From positions 545-64,544 of the forward strand of contig CAZJJX010000006.1 of assembly GCA_964546555.1 (NCBI GenBank): 64,000 nt of DNA. The letters are read 5' to 3'. Both the position numbers and the translations under genes were made by a program. This DNA comes from an uncultured Candidatus Saccharibacteria bacterium. GTDB taxonomy: Bacteria; Patescibacteriota; Minisyncoccia; Phycocordibacterales; UBA5272. The stretch's first letter is position 1. Every line of letters begins with the position of its first letter. Under the pieces are notes generated by a model. It was not told the DNA's origin, searched no databases, and saw nothing but the letters and a program-made list of their open reading frames with translations. This document shows positions 51,510 through 61,551 of this stretch, piece by piece.

Positions 51510-52319
51510 ATGAAGAGCGCTAAACTGTCTTATGCTATCGATAAAGAATTTATACGCGAATGTCTTACTTACTATAAGGCACACGGAAGACATGAGTTGC
51601 CGTGGAGAAAACGAATCACGGCATACAAAATTCTTGTAAGTGAGATAATGTTACAGCAAACGCAAGTAGCACGTGTGCTTCCAAAATATACACTATGGAT
51701 GAAGCGCTTCCCGACACTTCGAGCGCTACAAGGTGCATCGTTACAAGAGTTACTAATTCTTTGGCAAGGGCTTGGTTATCAAAGGAGATGTAAAGCACTC
51801 TACGCTATTGCAAAAGAACATAAAACGTTACCGAAACACTATAATGAACTACTTAAGTTACCGGGGATAGGAGTGTACACCTCCTCTGCGATTTGTGCAT
51901 TTGCATACAATAGATTTGATCACCCACTTCTGGAAACTAATATTAGAACTGCACTTATTGAATATTATTTTCAAGCAGAGGAGAGTGTGCACGATGGGAT
52001 GCTTTATGATGTGCTTGATCGCTTGGTTACTTGTAAGGAAGTACAAGATATCGGTGCACGAGGTTTTTACTATGCGGTCATGGACTTTGGTGCTTACTTG
52101 AAGTCAAATAGAATTTCTCATAACGCAAAGAGCGCACACTACAGTAAACAATCTGCTTATAAGGGATCCTTTAGAGAGTTACGTGCTAAAGTACTCTTTG
52201 CTATCACACATCACTCGCACCTTCCGAGTGACCCTCGTGTTAATGATGTGCTTGATCGTTTGGTTAAAGAAGGATACATCACAACAGATAAACAAGGGGT
52301 CTACGTAATACTGAATTAG
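51510..52319 (+). CDS. HhH-GPD DNA glycosylase, MutY/Nth-like but lacking the 4-Cys Fe-S loop
   Basis: LPWRK...YKILVSEIMLQQTQV and the HhH LPGIGVYTSSAICAFAYN. After MDFGAYL there is no C-x6-C-x2-C-x5-C motif, and the C-terminus looks winged-helix-like rather than NUDIX. Confidence 0.75.
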   Translation: MKSAKLSYAIDKEFIRECLTYYKAHGRHELPWRKRITAYKILVSEIMLQQTQVARVLPKYTLWMKRFPTLRALQGASLQELLILWQGLGYQRRCKALYAIAKEHKTLPKHYNELLKLPGIGVYTSSAICAFAYNRFDHPLLETNIRTALIEYYFQAEESVHDGMLYDVLDRLVTCKEVQDIGARGFYYAVMDFGAYLKSNRISHNAKSAHYSKQSAYKGSFRELRAKVLFAITHHSHLPSDPRVNDVLDRLVKEGYITTDKQGVYVILN

Positions 52320-53011
52320 TTTTCAGATAGTCCACACTCTTTAAGCAGCGTATCAACCTGTTTAGGGGTAAGTCGATGGACAGTTTTTGACTTAAGTCCA
52401 TGAAGCACAAATGACATAATGCGCACACGCTTAAGTGTCATAACGGTAAGGTTAAGTGCATTTAACATACGACGTATCTCGTGCTTCTTGCCTTCAGTAA
52501 GGATAATACGAAGAGAATGTCCTTCGTTATAGATTGAAACCGCTTTTACTGGGGCATAGGTTGCTTCCTGAGTTCTGATTCCTTTTTTTAGGAGGGTTAC
52601 GACACGAGGTGTTGCTTTTTCTCGTACCTGGACTTCGTACTCCTTCTCACGGCCAAATTTTGGGTTAAGGAGGGCGTCAACGACACGATAATCGTTACTA
52701 TAGAGGAGAAGCCCTTCACTTTCTTTGTCGAGTCGTCCGAGTGGTTCACAAGCAGGAAGTGATGCTAGTTTACCTGTGACTTCACCACGTGGCTTATGGT
52801 AGAGGGCATAGATAAGGTCTTTAGCTAGGGTTTTAACAGTAACTATATCATTGTGTACAACTTTACTTCCGAGTGTTGCAACTTTTTTATTGATTGTGAC
52901 GTATCCTTTTGCGATATAGTCATCGATTGTTCTACGAGAACCTATGCCTTCATCACGAAGGAATACATTGATACGTTTTGGTTCTTTGCTTTCTACTTTG
53001 ATTTCTTTCAT
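52316..53011 (-). CDS. RsuA/RluB-family pseudouridine synthase
   Basis: S4 domain (RINVFLRDEGIGSRR....I..G.V..N) and GRLDKESEGLLL (catalytic Asp). Confidence 0.9.
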   Translation of the reverse strand: MKEIKVESKEPKRINVFLRDEGIGSRRTIDDYIAKGYVTINKKVATLGSKVVHNDIVTVKTLAKDLIYALYHKPRGEVTGKLASLPACEPLGRLDKESEGLLLYSNDYRVVDALLNPKFGREKEYEVQVREKATPRVVTLLKKGIRTQEATYAPVKAVSIYNEGHSLRIILTEGKKHEIRRMLNALNLTVMTLKRVRIMSFVLHGLKSKTVHRLTPKQVDTLLKECGLSEN

Positions 53012-53032
53012 AGTAATGTATGTATAAAGATC

Positions 53033-54277
53033 TTAGCGAGTGTCTTTCATTGGAAGGACGTGCGAGATACTCCACACTATAGCACATCCTAGAATAATAA
53101 ACATGAGTCCAGGTCGATCACTTAAAAATGGCGTAACAATCACGCCAACTGTCCCTACAATGAGCATTCCGATTCCTTGGAGATTAATAAATAGTGCAGT
53201 AAGAGATGGATCTTCTGGGCCTATTTTTTTAAAATAGTAACTAAACGACATTGTTTCAACAAGCGATGCTCCTATTCGCGATATTATAAGGAGTAGTGCC
53301 CAGACCCATAACGTTGTTGTATTGATTACAGCAAAGAGAAGCGATGTCACACTAAGGATGAGCATGCCTATGATGAGCATTTCTTTTTCACCAAATTTTT
53401 TATCAGCAAGATATCCTAATTCGTACGGGAGAAGTACAAGTGGAATAAGTGCAATAGGGAGGATGATAGTCATGTAGCTTGTAAGCGGGATACCAATTGA
53501 TGTCAGGTAAAGCGGAGAGTAAATAATCATTGTTGCATAAAAAACATTTACTGCAAGTTCTCCAACCAGCGCTGCGCGTAAGTTTTTATTTTTGAGTGCC
53601 TGGCGTGCTGCACTTAGAAGATCAATTTGGTGATATGCTGGCTCACGAATATGGTGGAGATACTTATGAAGGAAAAATAGATAGGGTATGAGCATAGAGG
53701 CTGCTACAGCGTAGAGTGCACCAAATGAATAATGCTTAAGTATGGTGCCTCCGATAAATGGCGCAATGAGTACTGCAAGGTTGAAGATTGCCAAGAAAAG
53801 TCCACGGACACTTCCTACCTTTGAGTGGATCGTAAAATTTTCTATGAAGATGTTTAGAGAAATATTAAGAAGCACTTGAAGTACAAAATGTACAATGAAA
53901 AAGATTGGAAGGAGATATGGGATTTTCGTTAAACCAAAAGCAGTAATTACTATTATTTCTGCGATTGCCACAGCATATGTGAAGCCATAGGTGTGGAATT
54001 TTTTTACTGAGCGAGCAATATTGACTGAAGCAAAAAGTGCAAGAATACTACCAATCATGTAGATCGCGCTAACGATGGAGGAGTTGAAATACTTATGCAG
54101 ATAAGATGACGATGCGTAGACGGGGATGGCATAATGAAGCGCAAAAAGAAACGTCATGACATACGTGACGACAAGGAGGCGGTGTTTTAGAATTGCGTGC
54201 ATACTATCATGTAAGTATAGCAATGAAATAGCTAAGTAAAGAACGTTTTGTGTTGATAGGGTAAGAGTTTTTAACAA
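53033..54277 (-). CDS. MFS transporter (start uncertain: TTG 54277 or ATG 54202)
   Basis: About 12 TM helices with the typical 6+6 organisation. Confidence 0.8.
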   Translation of the reverse strand: MLKTLTLSTQNVLYLAISLLYLHDSMHAILKHRLLVVTYVMTFLFALHYAIPVYASSSYLHKYFNSSIVSAIYMIGSILALFASVNIARSVKKFHTYGFTYAVAIAEIIVITAFGLTKIPYLLPIFFIVHFVLQVLLNISLNIFIENFTIHSKVGSVRGLFLAIFNLAVLIAPFIGGTILKHYSFGALYAVAASMLIPYLFFLHKYLHHIREPAYHQIDLLSAARQALKNKNLRAALVGELAVNVFYATMIIYSPLYLTSIGIPLTSYMTIILPIALIPLVLLPYELGYLADKKFGEKEMLIIGMLILSVTSLLFAVINTTTLWVWALLLIISRIGASLVETMSFSYYFKKIGPEDPSLTALFINLQGIGMLIVGTVGVIVTPFLSDRPGLMFIILGCAIVWSISHVLPMKDTR

Positions 54278-54331
54278 ATAAGCGGTGTGTCACCATATGA
54301 TGATACACCGCTTACAGTACCCATAGAAAAC

Positions 54332-56239
54332 TTAGACGCTTATAATTACCGGAATGATAACAGGACGTTTCGCTGTCTTTTGAAGAAGGAATTTTGTTGT
54401 TGCTTCTGCAATGTCTTGTTTCATTTGATCAAGGTTATTGTATCCGCCGCGAGCAAGTGAGTCATCGATAACTTTCTTGGTGAGAAGGCGTGTCTGATAG
54501 AGAAGGTCCTGAGATTCCTTAAGGTATACGAATCCACGCGAAATAAGGTCAGGTGATTTTTTAAGAGCGTGAGTATGGCCGTCGATAACCCCAATCACAA
54601 CAAACATACCATCCTCAGCAAGCGCCTGTCTGTCACGCATAACGACATCCTGGATTTTGCCAACAGAAGTCCCATCTACTACGATCATTTCGCTCGGTGC
54701 TTTTTCTTTGATTGCAACGATAGCATTACCTTCGTTTCTTATCTCGATCACCATACCGTTATCTGGGATAACAATATTGTCTTCGCTTGTACCAAGTTTT
54801 CGCTCCAGATCAGCATGAACACGAAGCATGTAGTGGTACCCATGAACAGGAATGAAGAACTTCGGATGGATCTTTCGATGGATCCACATGAGCTCGTCAG
54901 CGTTTGCATGGCCTGATGAGTGTACATCTGATGTTTTATAGTGGATAAGGTGAGCACCTTGACGTGATAGGCGGTCTTTTAGGTTCTGTACTGCACGTTC
55001 ATTACCTGGTACAACAGATGAAGACATAAGAATGGTATCACGTGGTGTAAGACGAATAAACTTGTGAGTCTTACTTGCAATACGGCCAAGTGCTGCGAAC
55101 TCTTCACCTTGTTGACCTGTCGCTAAGATAATAAGTTTGTTCTCAGGGTAACGAGTAATGTCCTCAAGAGGTATAAGTGTCTCAGGTTTTACCTTAAGCA
55201 TGTCAGCAAGCTTTGCAATTTCTACGTTAGTTTTCATACTACGACCTTCGACGATAACTTTTTTACCATAACGTTCTGCGGTTTCAAGCATGAAGAGCAT
55301 GCGCTCAACTTGTGATGCAAATGTGCTAATGATAAGACGACCAGGGGTTTCTCTGATGATGTTTTCAATATTTTTATAAACAACTGTATCAGAAATAGAA
55401 AAGCCAGGATTCTCACAGTTTGTAGAATCCGCCATGAGAAGAAGTGTTTTTCTGTTTTCAAATACTTTGTAACGATCTTCTTCGTCACCTGTAGGTATGC
55501 CATCATTGTGCTCAAGGCGAAGGTCTCCTGTGTGGACGATATCACCATATGGAGTCTCAATAATGATACCCATTGAGTCAGGGATAGCATGGGTAACACC
55601 GAAGAATCGAACTTTAAGATCTCCAAGGGTGACAGTATCGTCACGCTCTACAACATTTATAGTAAGGGGAGCAAGATGAGGGAATTCTTCCTGTCGCTTC
55701 TTGATCATGAGTGACGTAAATAGTCGAGCGTATATTTGTGGGTTGCTTATGCGTGGCATGATATAAGGTACAGACCCGATGTGGTCAAGGTGACCATGAG
55801 TCACAAGCATTCCTTTTATCTTGTGCTTATGCTCCTCGAGGTAGCGAGTGTTTGGCAAAATAAAATCAATTCCAGGGGTACTTGTCTCTGTGAATTGAAC
55901 CCCACAATCTATGATGAGGATGGTGTCTTTGTACTCAATCATACTCATATTTCTACCGATCTCTTCTACACCGCCAAGATGAATAACACGAATATCGCCA
56001 TCTTTAAGAGGGGGAATGTGGTCGGTCTCTCGTTTTCCACTCACTGTTGTATCAAACTTAGGTCCGACCACTGGACGGTTTTGGCGGTTGTTGCGTGGCT
56101 TACTAGCGCCTGGTCTTGATGAACGATCGTGTACTCGTTTTGGGTACGCACTCTGCGCTTGTGGTATTTGAGGAGTTTGTGATGTTGGTTGTGTATCTGA
56201 AGAATCCTGGTATATAGTTGTGGTGTTATTTATTTTCAT
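54332..56239 (-). CDS. rnj: ribonuclease J
   Basis: Metallo-beta-lactamase HGHLDHIG, beta-CASP, SGHA. An ~80-aa low-complexity N-terminal extension is present. Confidence 0.9.
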   Translation of the reverse strand: MKINNTTTIYQDSSDTQPTSQTPQIPQAQSAYPKRVHDRSSRPGASKPRNNRQNRPVVGPKFDTTVSGKRETDHIPPLKDGDIRVIHLGGVEEIGRNMSMIEYKDTILIIDCGVQFTETSTPGIDFILPNTRYLEEHKHKIKGMLVTHGHLDHIGSVPYIMPRISNPQIYARLFTSLMIKKRQEEFPHLAPLTINVVERDDTVTLGDLKVRFFGVTHAIPDSMGIIIETPYGDIVHTGDLRLEHNDGIPTGDEEDRYKVFENRKTLLLMADSTNCENPGFSISDTVVYKNIENIIRETPGRLIISTFASQVERMLFMLETAERYGKKVIVEGRSMKTNVEIAKLADMLKVKPETLIPLEDITRYPENKLIILATGQQGEEFAALGRIASKTHKFIRLTPRDTILMSSSVVPGNERAVQNLKDRLSRQGAHLIHYKTSDVHSSGHANADELMWIHRKIHPKFFIPVHGYHYMLRVHADLERKLGTSEDNIVIPDNGMVIEIRNEGNAIVAIKEKAPSEMIVVDGTSVGKIQDVVMRDRQALAEDGMFVVIGVIDGHTHALKKSPDLISRGFVYLKESQDLLYQTRLLTKKVIDDSLARGGYNNLDQMKQDIAEATTKFLLQKTAKRPVIIPVIISV

Positions 56240-56266
56240 ATATTTGTTAAAAGTTAAATTATTTTG

Positions 56267-57982
56267 TTAATGGATACTATTTTGTAAAATTTCTAATAAT
56301 GGTTTGTAATATGTTTTTGGCCAAACATTATCAACATACCTATACCAGCTTTCAACAAGCATAAAACGAGAAGCATTGCTGTAACTGTACAAAGGAAGAG
56401 GCGATGTTACCTTGTCATTGTTAATATAGATAAGTGATGGTGCGAATAAAAATATTCCCGGAACCTCCTCTTTAAATTCCTCCTTTGCAGCACTGTAGGC
56501 GTTTAGACGTTCATTTTCATCGATACTTGTTCTTAGAATTTCCAGATTTTCATCAAGGGTTTTGCTTACGTAATTAGAAATATTAAGCCCCGGGTAAGCA
56601 CGCTGTGACGAGTGCCAAAATGCATAAAGATCAGAAGGGGATTCTGTGATTGCACCAAAAAGAAGTGCTTGGAAATCCCTATCCTTGATAATATTTTGAT
56701 TAAGGTCAGAGACATCATAGATAACAACGTTTGTCTTAACTCCGATTGCTTCCCAGTACCCCTTAATCATTTCTGAAACTTTTTTCATTTCATCAGTATT
56801 AATAGTGACAAGTGTTATTTCAAGAGTTGAAGAGGCAGTTTTTAACGCTTTTGACTTGATAAGTAGCTCTTTTGCTTGGACTGGGTCATAGAGATTTTCA
56901 GTATCTTCGCTATCAAATGGGTAAGGCGTGTTGATGACTTTACCGTAATGAAGTAAGACAGTATCTACTATTGCTTGCTTATTGATGGCCATCTGTAGAG
57001 CTACTCGTACATTTTTGTTAGCAAGAGGAGTAAGTTTATTTGGATTGAAAAAGACGGCAAAAGTTCGAGGGAGTAGCGAAGTTTTAATCGATGATGTTGC
57101 TACTGAGATGGTACTAATTTTCTCAGGAGACACTCCGTGAATTCTTGTTATATCATGATCTTCGAAAGCTTTCAGTAGATATTTTTCACTCTGATATGTG
57201 TAGATAGTGATAGTTTCAATGTAAGGTCGGCCAAGCGTATAGTTTTTGTGTGACTGAAGTTTAAATACTGTCGGGATGCCTGATTGCGTTATTATGTCCT
57301 CTATTTTATATGGCCCACTACCAACGGCGTGAATATTAAAATCACTAAGACTCATCTGGTCTTCGGTTAAGTTTTTCCAAACATGTTTTGGGAGTATTCC
57401 AAGTGAGAGTGTTTCCATAAAAAGAGGAAATGGTTTCTTAAGAACAAAGGTGAGTTGACTATCTGAATTCTTTTCAATAGTTACACCCTCCCATTCGATT
57501 CGGTGCGGGCTTTTTACAACAGGACTTTGAACAAGGCTCACCGTATAAATAACATCATCGGTGGTAATCTTTACACCATCATGGAAACGTGCCTTGTCCT
57601 TAAGGGTAACGGTGTAACGTAGACCGTCATCACTTCTGTCGATTTGTCGTGCCATATCAAGCACAATGGTCCCATCAGAATTCTTTTTTGTAAGACCAGC
57701 AAAAACAAGTGACGTCATGTCTTCATCAGGATCAGATGTTGCAAGAACTGGGTTTATAAAGCGAGGCGTACCAATAATACCTTCTCTTAGTTCTCCTCCG
57801 TATGTTGGAACAGTAATAAGAAAACGCTTGTTAAACACAACAAATGACGCAAAAAAGAAACAAACACCAAGAGCCACTAAAAGCCAGAAAACAATAACTT
57901 TTTCTGGAGAAAGTGACTTATAAATAGTAGATAACTTGTTGCTGAAACTAGCAAATTTAGTTCTATATTGAGATGTGTCCAT
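56267..57982 (-). CDS. membrane-anchored family-5 (peptide/nickel type) solute-binding protein
   Basis: N-terminal TM helix and SBP_bac_5-like YTVTLKDKARFHDGVKITTDDVIYT. ATG 57982 avoids the overlap with secG that the track start at 58057 would create. Confidence 0.7.
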   Translation of the reverse strand: MDTSQYRTKFASFSNKLSTIYKSLSPEKVIVFWLLVALGVCFFFASFVVFNKRFLITVPTYGGELREGIIGTPRFINPVLATSDPDEDMTSLVFAGLTKKNSDGTIVLDMARQIDRSDDGLRYTVTLKDKARFHDGVKITTDDVIYTVSLVQSPVVKSPHRIEWEGVTIEKNSDSQLTFVLKKPFPLFMETLSLGILPKHVWKNLTEDQMSLSDFNIHAVGSGPYKIEDIITQSGIPTVFKLQSHKNYTLGRPYIETITIYTYQSEKYLLKAFEDHDITRIHGVSPEKISTISVATSSIKTSLLPRTFAVFFNPNKLTPLANKNVRVALQMAINKQAIVDTVLLHYGKVINTPYPFDSEDTENLYDPVQAKELLIKSKALKTASSTLEITLVTINTDEMKKVSEMIKGYWEAIGVKTNVVIYDVSDLNQNIIKDRDFQALLFGAITESPSDLYAFWHSSQRAYPGLNISNYVSKTLDENLEILRTSIDENERLNAYSAAKEEFKEEVPGIFLFAPSLIYINNDKVTSPLPLYSYSNASRFMLVESWYRYVDNVWPKTYYKPLLEILQNSIH

Positions 57983-58043
57983 GGGGTTTTCACTTAGGAC
58001 TATCGTTTTGTGGTAGGTGCTACGAGCAAAAATGCTTAAATAT

Positions 58044-58271
58044 TTAGCGACCAGCAATTACTGGTACAAAGACAGACAAGACAAAAGCAATACCTATAAC
58101 AATGGTAAGGGTGTGAAGTGTTTTTTCAGCACCTCGCTTTTGAAAAGCTGCTCCAGATCCCCCGTCCGCGCCAAAAGCACCAGAAGCGTCTGTGTTTGTT
58201 CGTTGAACGAGTACAAGCACTATTAGGAGAATCGCTAGTAAAACCTGCACAATAGATAGCAATTGAAACAT
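58044..58271 (-). CDS. secG: preprotein translocase subunit SecG
   Basis: LLIVLVLVQR.....SGAFG........F..RG.EK.L...T. ATG 58271 sits 7 nt after a TATACT hexamer. Confidence 0.8.
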   Translation of the reverse strand: MFQLLSIVQVLLAILLIVLVLVQRTNTDASGAFGADGGSGAAFQKRGAEKTLHTLTIVIGIAFVLSVFVPVIAGR

Positions 58272-58425
58272 AAGTACTAGTATAACATAAAGAGAAGCAA
58301 TCTGCAAAATATAAATTCCAAAAAATAGGGAGTATTTTTTTGTTTAAAAGCAAGTAAGTTGATACTAATTTTGCTTGAAAAAGGTTTAAAAGTGAATAAA
58401 ACAAAGTTATTTTGAAGAGAACGCA

Positions 58426-61400
58426 CTAAGGAGTCTGTTTAAGGCGCTTTATCTCATTTACAGCAAGGGTTTTTTCTCCGTTACGCGTAGATATTTTTCC
58501 TTTAACAACTAAAGGAACATCAAGGGTAAGTAGGTCTTTATAGCGTTTGTAGCTCTCAGGAAATACTGCAACCTCGATAAATCCTGTATAGTCACGTAAG
58601 GTCACAAGACCCATTTTGTCTCCTTTTTTAGTAATCGTCACTTTAATAGCTTCTATAATAACAGCAATAGATACTTCGTTACCGTCGAGTCCATGTGAAT
58701 GAATTTTTTCTATATCAAGATTACGAGCAAGTATCTTTTCTTTCCAAGGGTCAAGAGGAAAACCAGAGACAAAGAGTCCAAGAAGTTCTTTTTCCCACTG
58801 AAGTCTTTGTTTTTGTGAAGCGGGGGCGACTTTTTTCATAACAAATGAAGATTCTGTAGGAATGTCAAATAGACTATTCTGTAAAATATTATCTTTCACA
58901 ACATGCTTATGAAATTCAAGTATGCTTTCAAGGTTTGCAAGAATCTCATTTCTTTCAGCAAAACTATCCAAGGCTCCACACATTGTGAGTGCTTCGAGAG
59001 ATTTTTTATTAAGATTCTTATGAGTTATTCGTCTAATAAAATTTTCAAATGAAGTGAAAGTTCCACCTTTTCTTCGCTCTGCGATGATTGCGTCTGATAT
59101 GTCGACCCCAAGATTTTTAACTGTGTAAAGTCCAAAACGGATTTCTTCTTTTCCTTCATTATTTGTGACAATACTGAAGCCACCTTCACTCATGTTTACG
59201 TCAGGCGGCAATACAGTAATGCCCATTCTTTTACACTCTGACACAATTTCAGAAATTTTCTCAACATCCCCACTTTCATTAGTAAGAATAGCTGTCATGT
59301 ATGCAACAGGGAAGTTTGCTTTCATATATGCAGTTTGATAAGCAACTCGTCCGTAACTAGCAGCGTGAGCTTTATTAAAACCATACGCGGCAAACGGCTC
59401 AATGAGTGACCAGAGTTCCTGACTTTTTTTTGCTGTAAGTCCATGTTCTAAGAATCCTTCCATGAGCTTTTCTTTTTGAGCTTGCATTTCTGCTGGGATT
59501 TTTTTACCCATAGCTTTTCGAAGCTTATCCGCTTCAAGCCATGAATATCCAGCAAGATGGATGGCAATAAGCATTACGTCATCCTGGTACACAATCACTC
59601 CAAATGATTGATCGAGAATTGGCTCAAGACGCTGATCAAGATAGTGTACTAGCTCTGGGTTTTGCTTACGCTTAATATACTCTGGGATCATTTCAAGTGG
59701 TCCAGGACGATACAGTGCTACCATAGCATTAATATCAAAAATCGTTGTAGGTTTGAGTTCTTTTAGAAAGCGTGTCATACCTGATCCATTTAATTGGAAG
59801 AGCCCCATTGTCTCACCTCGTGCGAGCATGGAGAATGTTTTTTCATCTTCGAGTGAAATATTTTCTATATCAACATCAATGTTATAGCGACTTTTTGTAA
59901 GCGCGATTGCATCCCCAAGAATGGTGAGGTTTCGAATACCCAGAAAGTCAAACTTAAGAAGTCCTGCATCTTCGATGGTGTACATATCATACTGAGTAAT
60001 AATTTTTCCACCCTTAGGGTCTTTTTGTATTGGAGTAAAATCCCAAAGTGGTAGTGGTGAAATAACTGTTCCAGCGGCATGAACAGAAATATGTCTCGCA
60101 CAACCTTCTACTTTTTGTGCCATGTCGAGAATATCTTGGGTCTCTCTATCTGTGTCGTATGCCTCTTTTAATTCAGGTATTTCCTCTAGTGCACCAGCAA
60201 TAGTAACAGGGAACCCTTGTTTAGGTGGGGGAATCATTTTACTTATTCGGTCTCCGACAACATAGGGATATTTCATTGCGCGTGCAACATCACGTACTGC
60301 ACCACGAGCCATCATTGTTCCAAATGTTCCAATTTGTGCAACGTTATCAATCCCGTATTTCCCGCGCGCATAATCAATAACTTCGTCACGCCGGGTGTCA
60401 GAATAGTCCATATCAATATCAGGGGCTGAAGGGCGTTCGGGGTTAAGGAAGCGCTCAAAGGGCAGTTTGTATGATATCGGGTCACATTTAGTTACTTGTA
60501 GCAAATAAGTTACAAGAGATCCTGCAACAGAACCTCTAATATTTGTCAGGATTCCATTTTCTCTGGCATAGCGAAGCAAATCGTACACAACCAAAAAGTA
60601 AGGGGAGTATCCTTTATCCGCAATAACTTTTAACTCATACTCAAGACGTACTTTTACAGCATCTGTTAGCTCTAACTTACGAATACTAAGTCCCGCATAA
60701 GCAAGATCACGTAGATCCTCATTGTAACTTTTTTTATATTCAATTGCAGGGAAAACCCACTTACCTAAAGGAATTTCTAGATCACATATGTCTGCAATTT
60801 TTAAGGTGTTCTCAAGCGCTCCAGGAACCTCTTTGAAGAGATCGGGTATATCGGTCTCAAATGAAAATGTATCCTTTGCAAAAATGTGATTATATTCTTC
60901 AAGAGAATGTTCCTCGCCATTAACCAGGTATAAGATCTTTTGTGCAGGTTTGTCGTGGTGGTTTAGATAGTGAGTATTCCATGTTGCAACAAGGGGGATA
61001 GATGTTTCTTGTGCAAATTTAATTGTTCGTCTTGTGAGTTCATCAGCATTATCTATATTTTTTTGTGGATTAATTTCAAGATAATAAGACTCTGGAAAAT
61101 TTTTTTTGTAAAAGTCTAAGCGTTTAGCTGCAAGAGTTGTATCAACCATGAGCAAATTTGTTATATCACCCCAGAGTCCACCTGAAAGCACGATAAGTCC
61201 AGACGCATAGGTGCTTAATATTTCATCTGTGAGAATAGGTGAAAGTGGATTATCTACGTTTACAATAGATGTGATTCTCATTAAGTTTTTATAACCGTCC
61301 ACATTTTTTGCAATAAGAACAAGTTGATATTTTCTGTCGTCAACCTTAATTGTAAATTCAGCACCCACAATTGGCTTAATACCTTCTTTTTTGCAAGTAC

Positions 61401-61551
61401 TAAAAAACTCAATAGTTCCGTACATGTTGCTGTAGTCGGTAAGCGCAACTGCTGGCATTGAAGCATTCTTGGCTGCCTTTATAAGATCTGGAACTTTTGG
61501 CAAAGCACGGAGAAGGGAATAGTGAGAATGGTTTCGAAGATGGATAAACAT
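58426..61551 (-). CDS. dnaE: DNA polymerase III subunit alpha (DnaE)
   Basis: PHP domain (FIHLRNHSHYSLL), PDIDMDY, GLLKFDFLG, FNKAHAASY, and an OB fold at the C-terminus. Confidence 0.95.
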   Translation of the reverse strand: MFIHLRNHSHYSLLRALPKVPDLIKAAKNASMPAVALTDYSNMYGTIEFFSTCKKEGIKPIVGAEFTIKVDDRKYQLVLIAKNVDGYKNLMRITSIVNVDNPLSPILTDEILSTYASGLIVLSGGLWGDITNLLMVDTTLAAKRLDFYKKNFPESYYLEINPQKNIDNADELTRRTIKFAQETSIPLVATWNTHYLNHHDKPAQKILYLVNGEEHSLEEYNHIFAKDTFSFETDIPDLFKEVPGALENTLKIADICDLEIPLGKWVFPAIEYKKSYNEDLRDLAYAGLSIRKLELTDAVKVRLEYELKVIADKGYSPYFLVVYDLLRYARENGILTNIRGSVAGSLVTYLLQVTKCDPISYKLPFERFLNPERPSAPDIDMDYSDTRRDEVIDYARGKYGIDNVAQIGTFGTMMARGAVRDVARAMKYPYVVGDRISKMIPPPKQGFPVTIAGALEEIPELKEAYDTDRETQDILDMAQKVEGCARHISVHAAGTVISPLPLWDFTPIQKDPKGGKIITQYDMYTIEDAGLLKFDFLGIRNLTILGDAIALTKSRYNIDVDIENISLEDEKTFSMLARGETMGLFQLNGSGMTRFLKELKPTTIFDINAMVALYRPGPLEMIPEYIKRKQNPELVHYLDQRLEPILDQSFGVIVYQDDVMLIAIHLAGYSWLEADKLRKAMGKKIPAEMQAQKEKLMEGFLEHGLTAKKSQELWSLIEPFAAYGFNKAHAASYGRVAYQTAYMKANFPVAYMTAILTNESGDVEKISEIVSECKRMGITVLPPDVNMSEGGFSIVTNNEGKEEIRFGLYTVKNLGVDISDAIIAERRKGGTFTSFENFIRRITHKNLNKKSLEALTMCGALDSFAERNEILANLESILEFHKHVVKDNILQNSLFDIPTESSFVMKKVAPASQKQRLQWEKELLGLFVSGFPLDPWKEKILARNLDIEKIHSHGLDGNEVSIAVIIEAIKVTITKKGDKMGLVTLRDYTGFIEVAVFPESYKRYKDLLTLDVPLVVKGKISTRNGEKTLAVNEIKRLKQTP

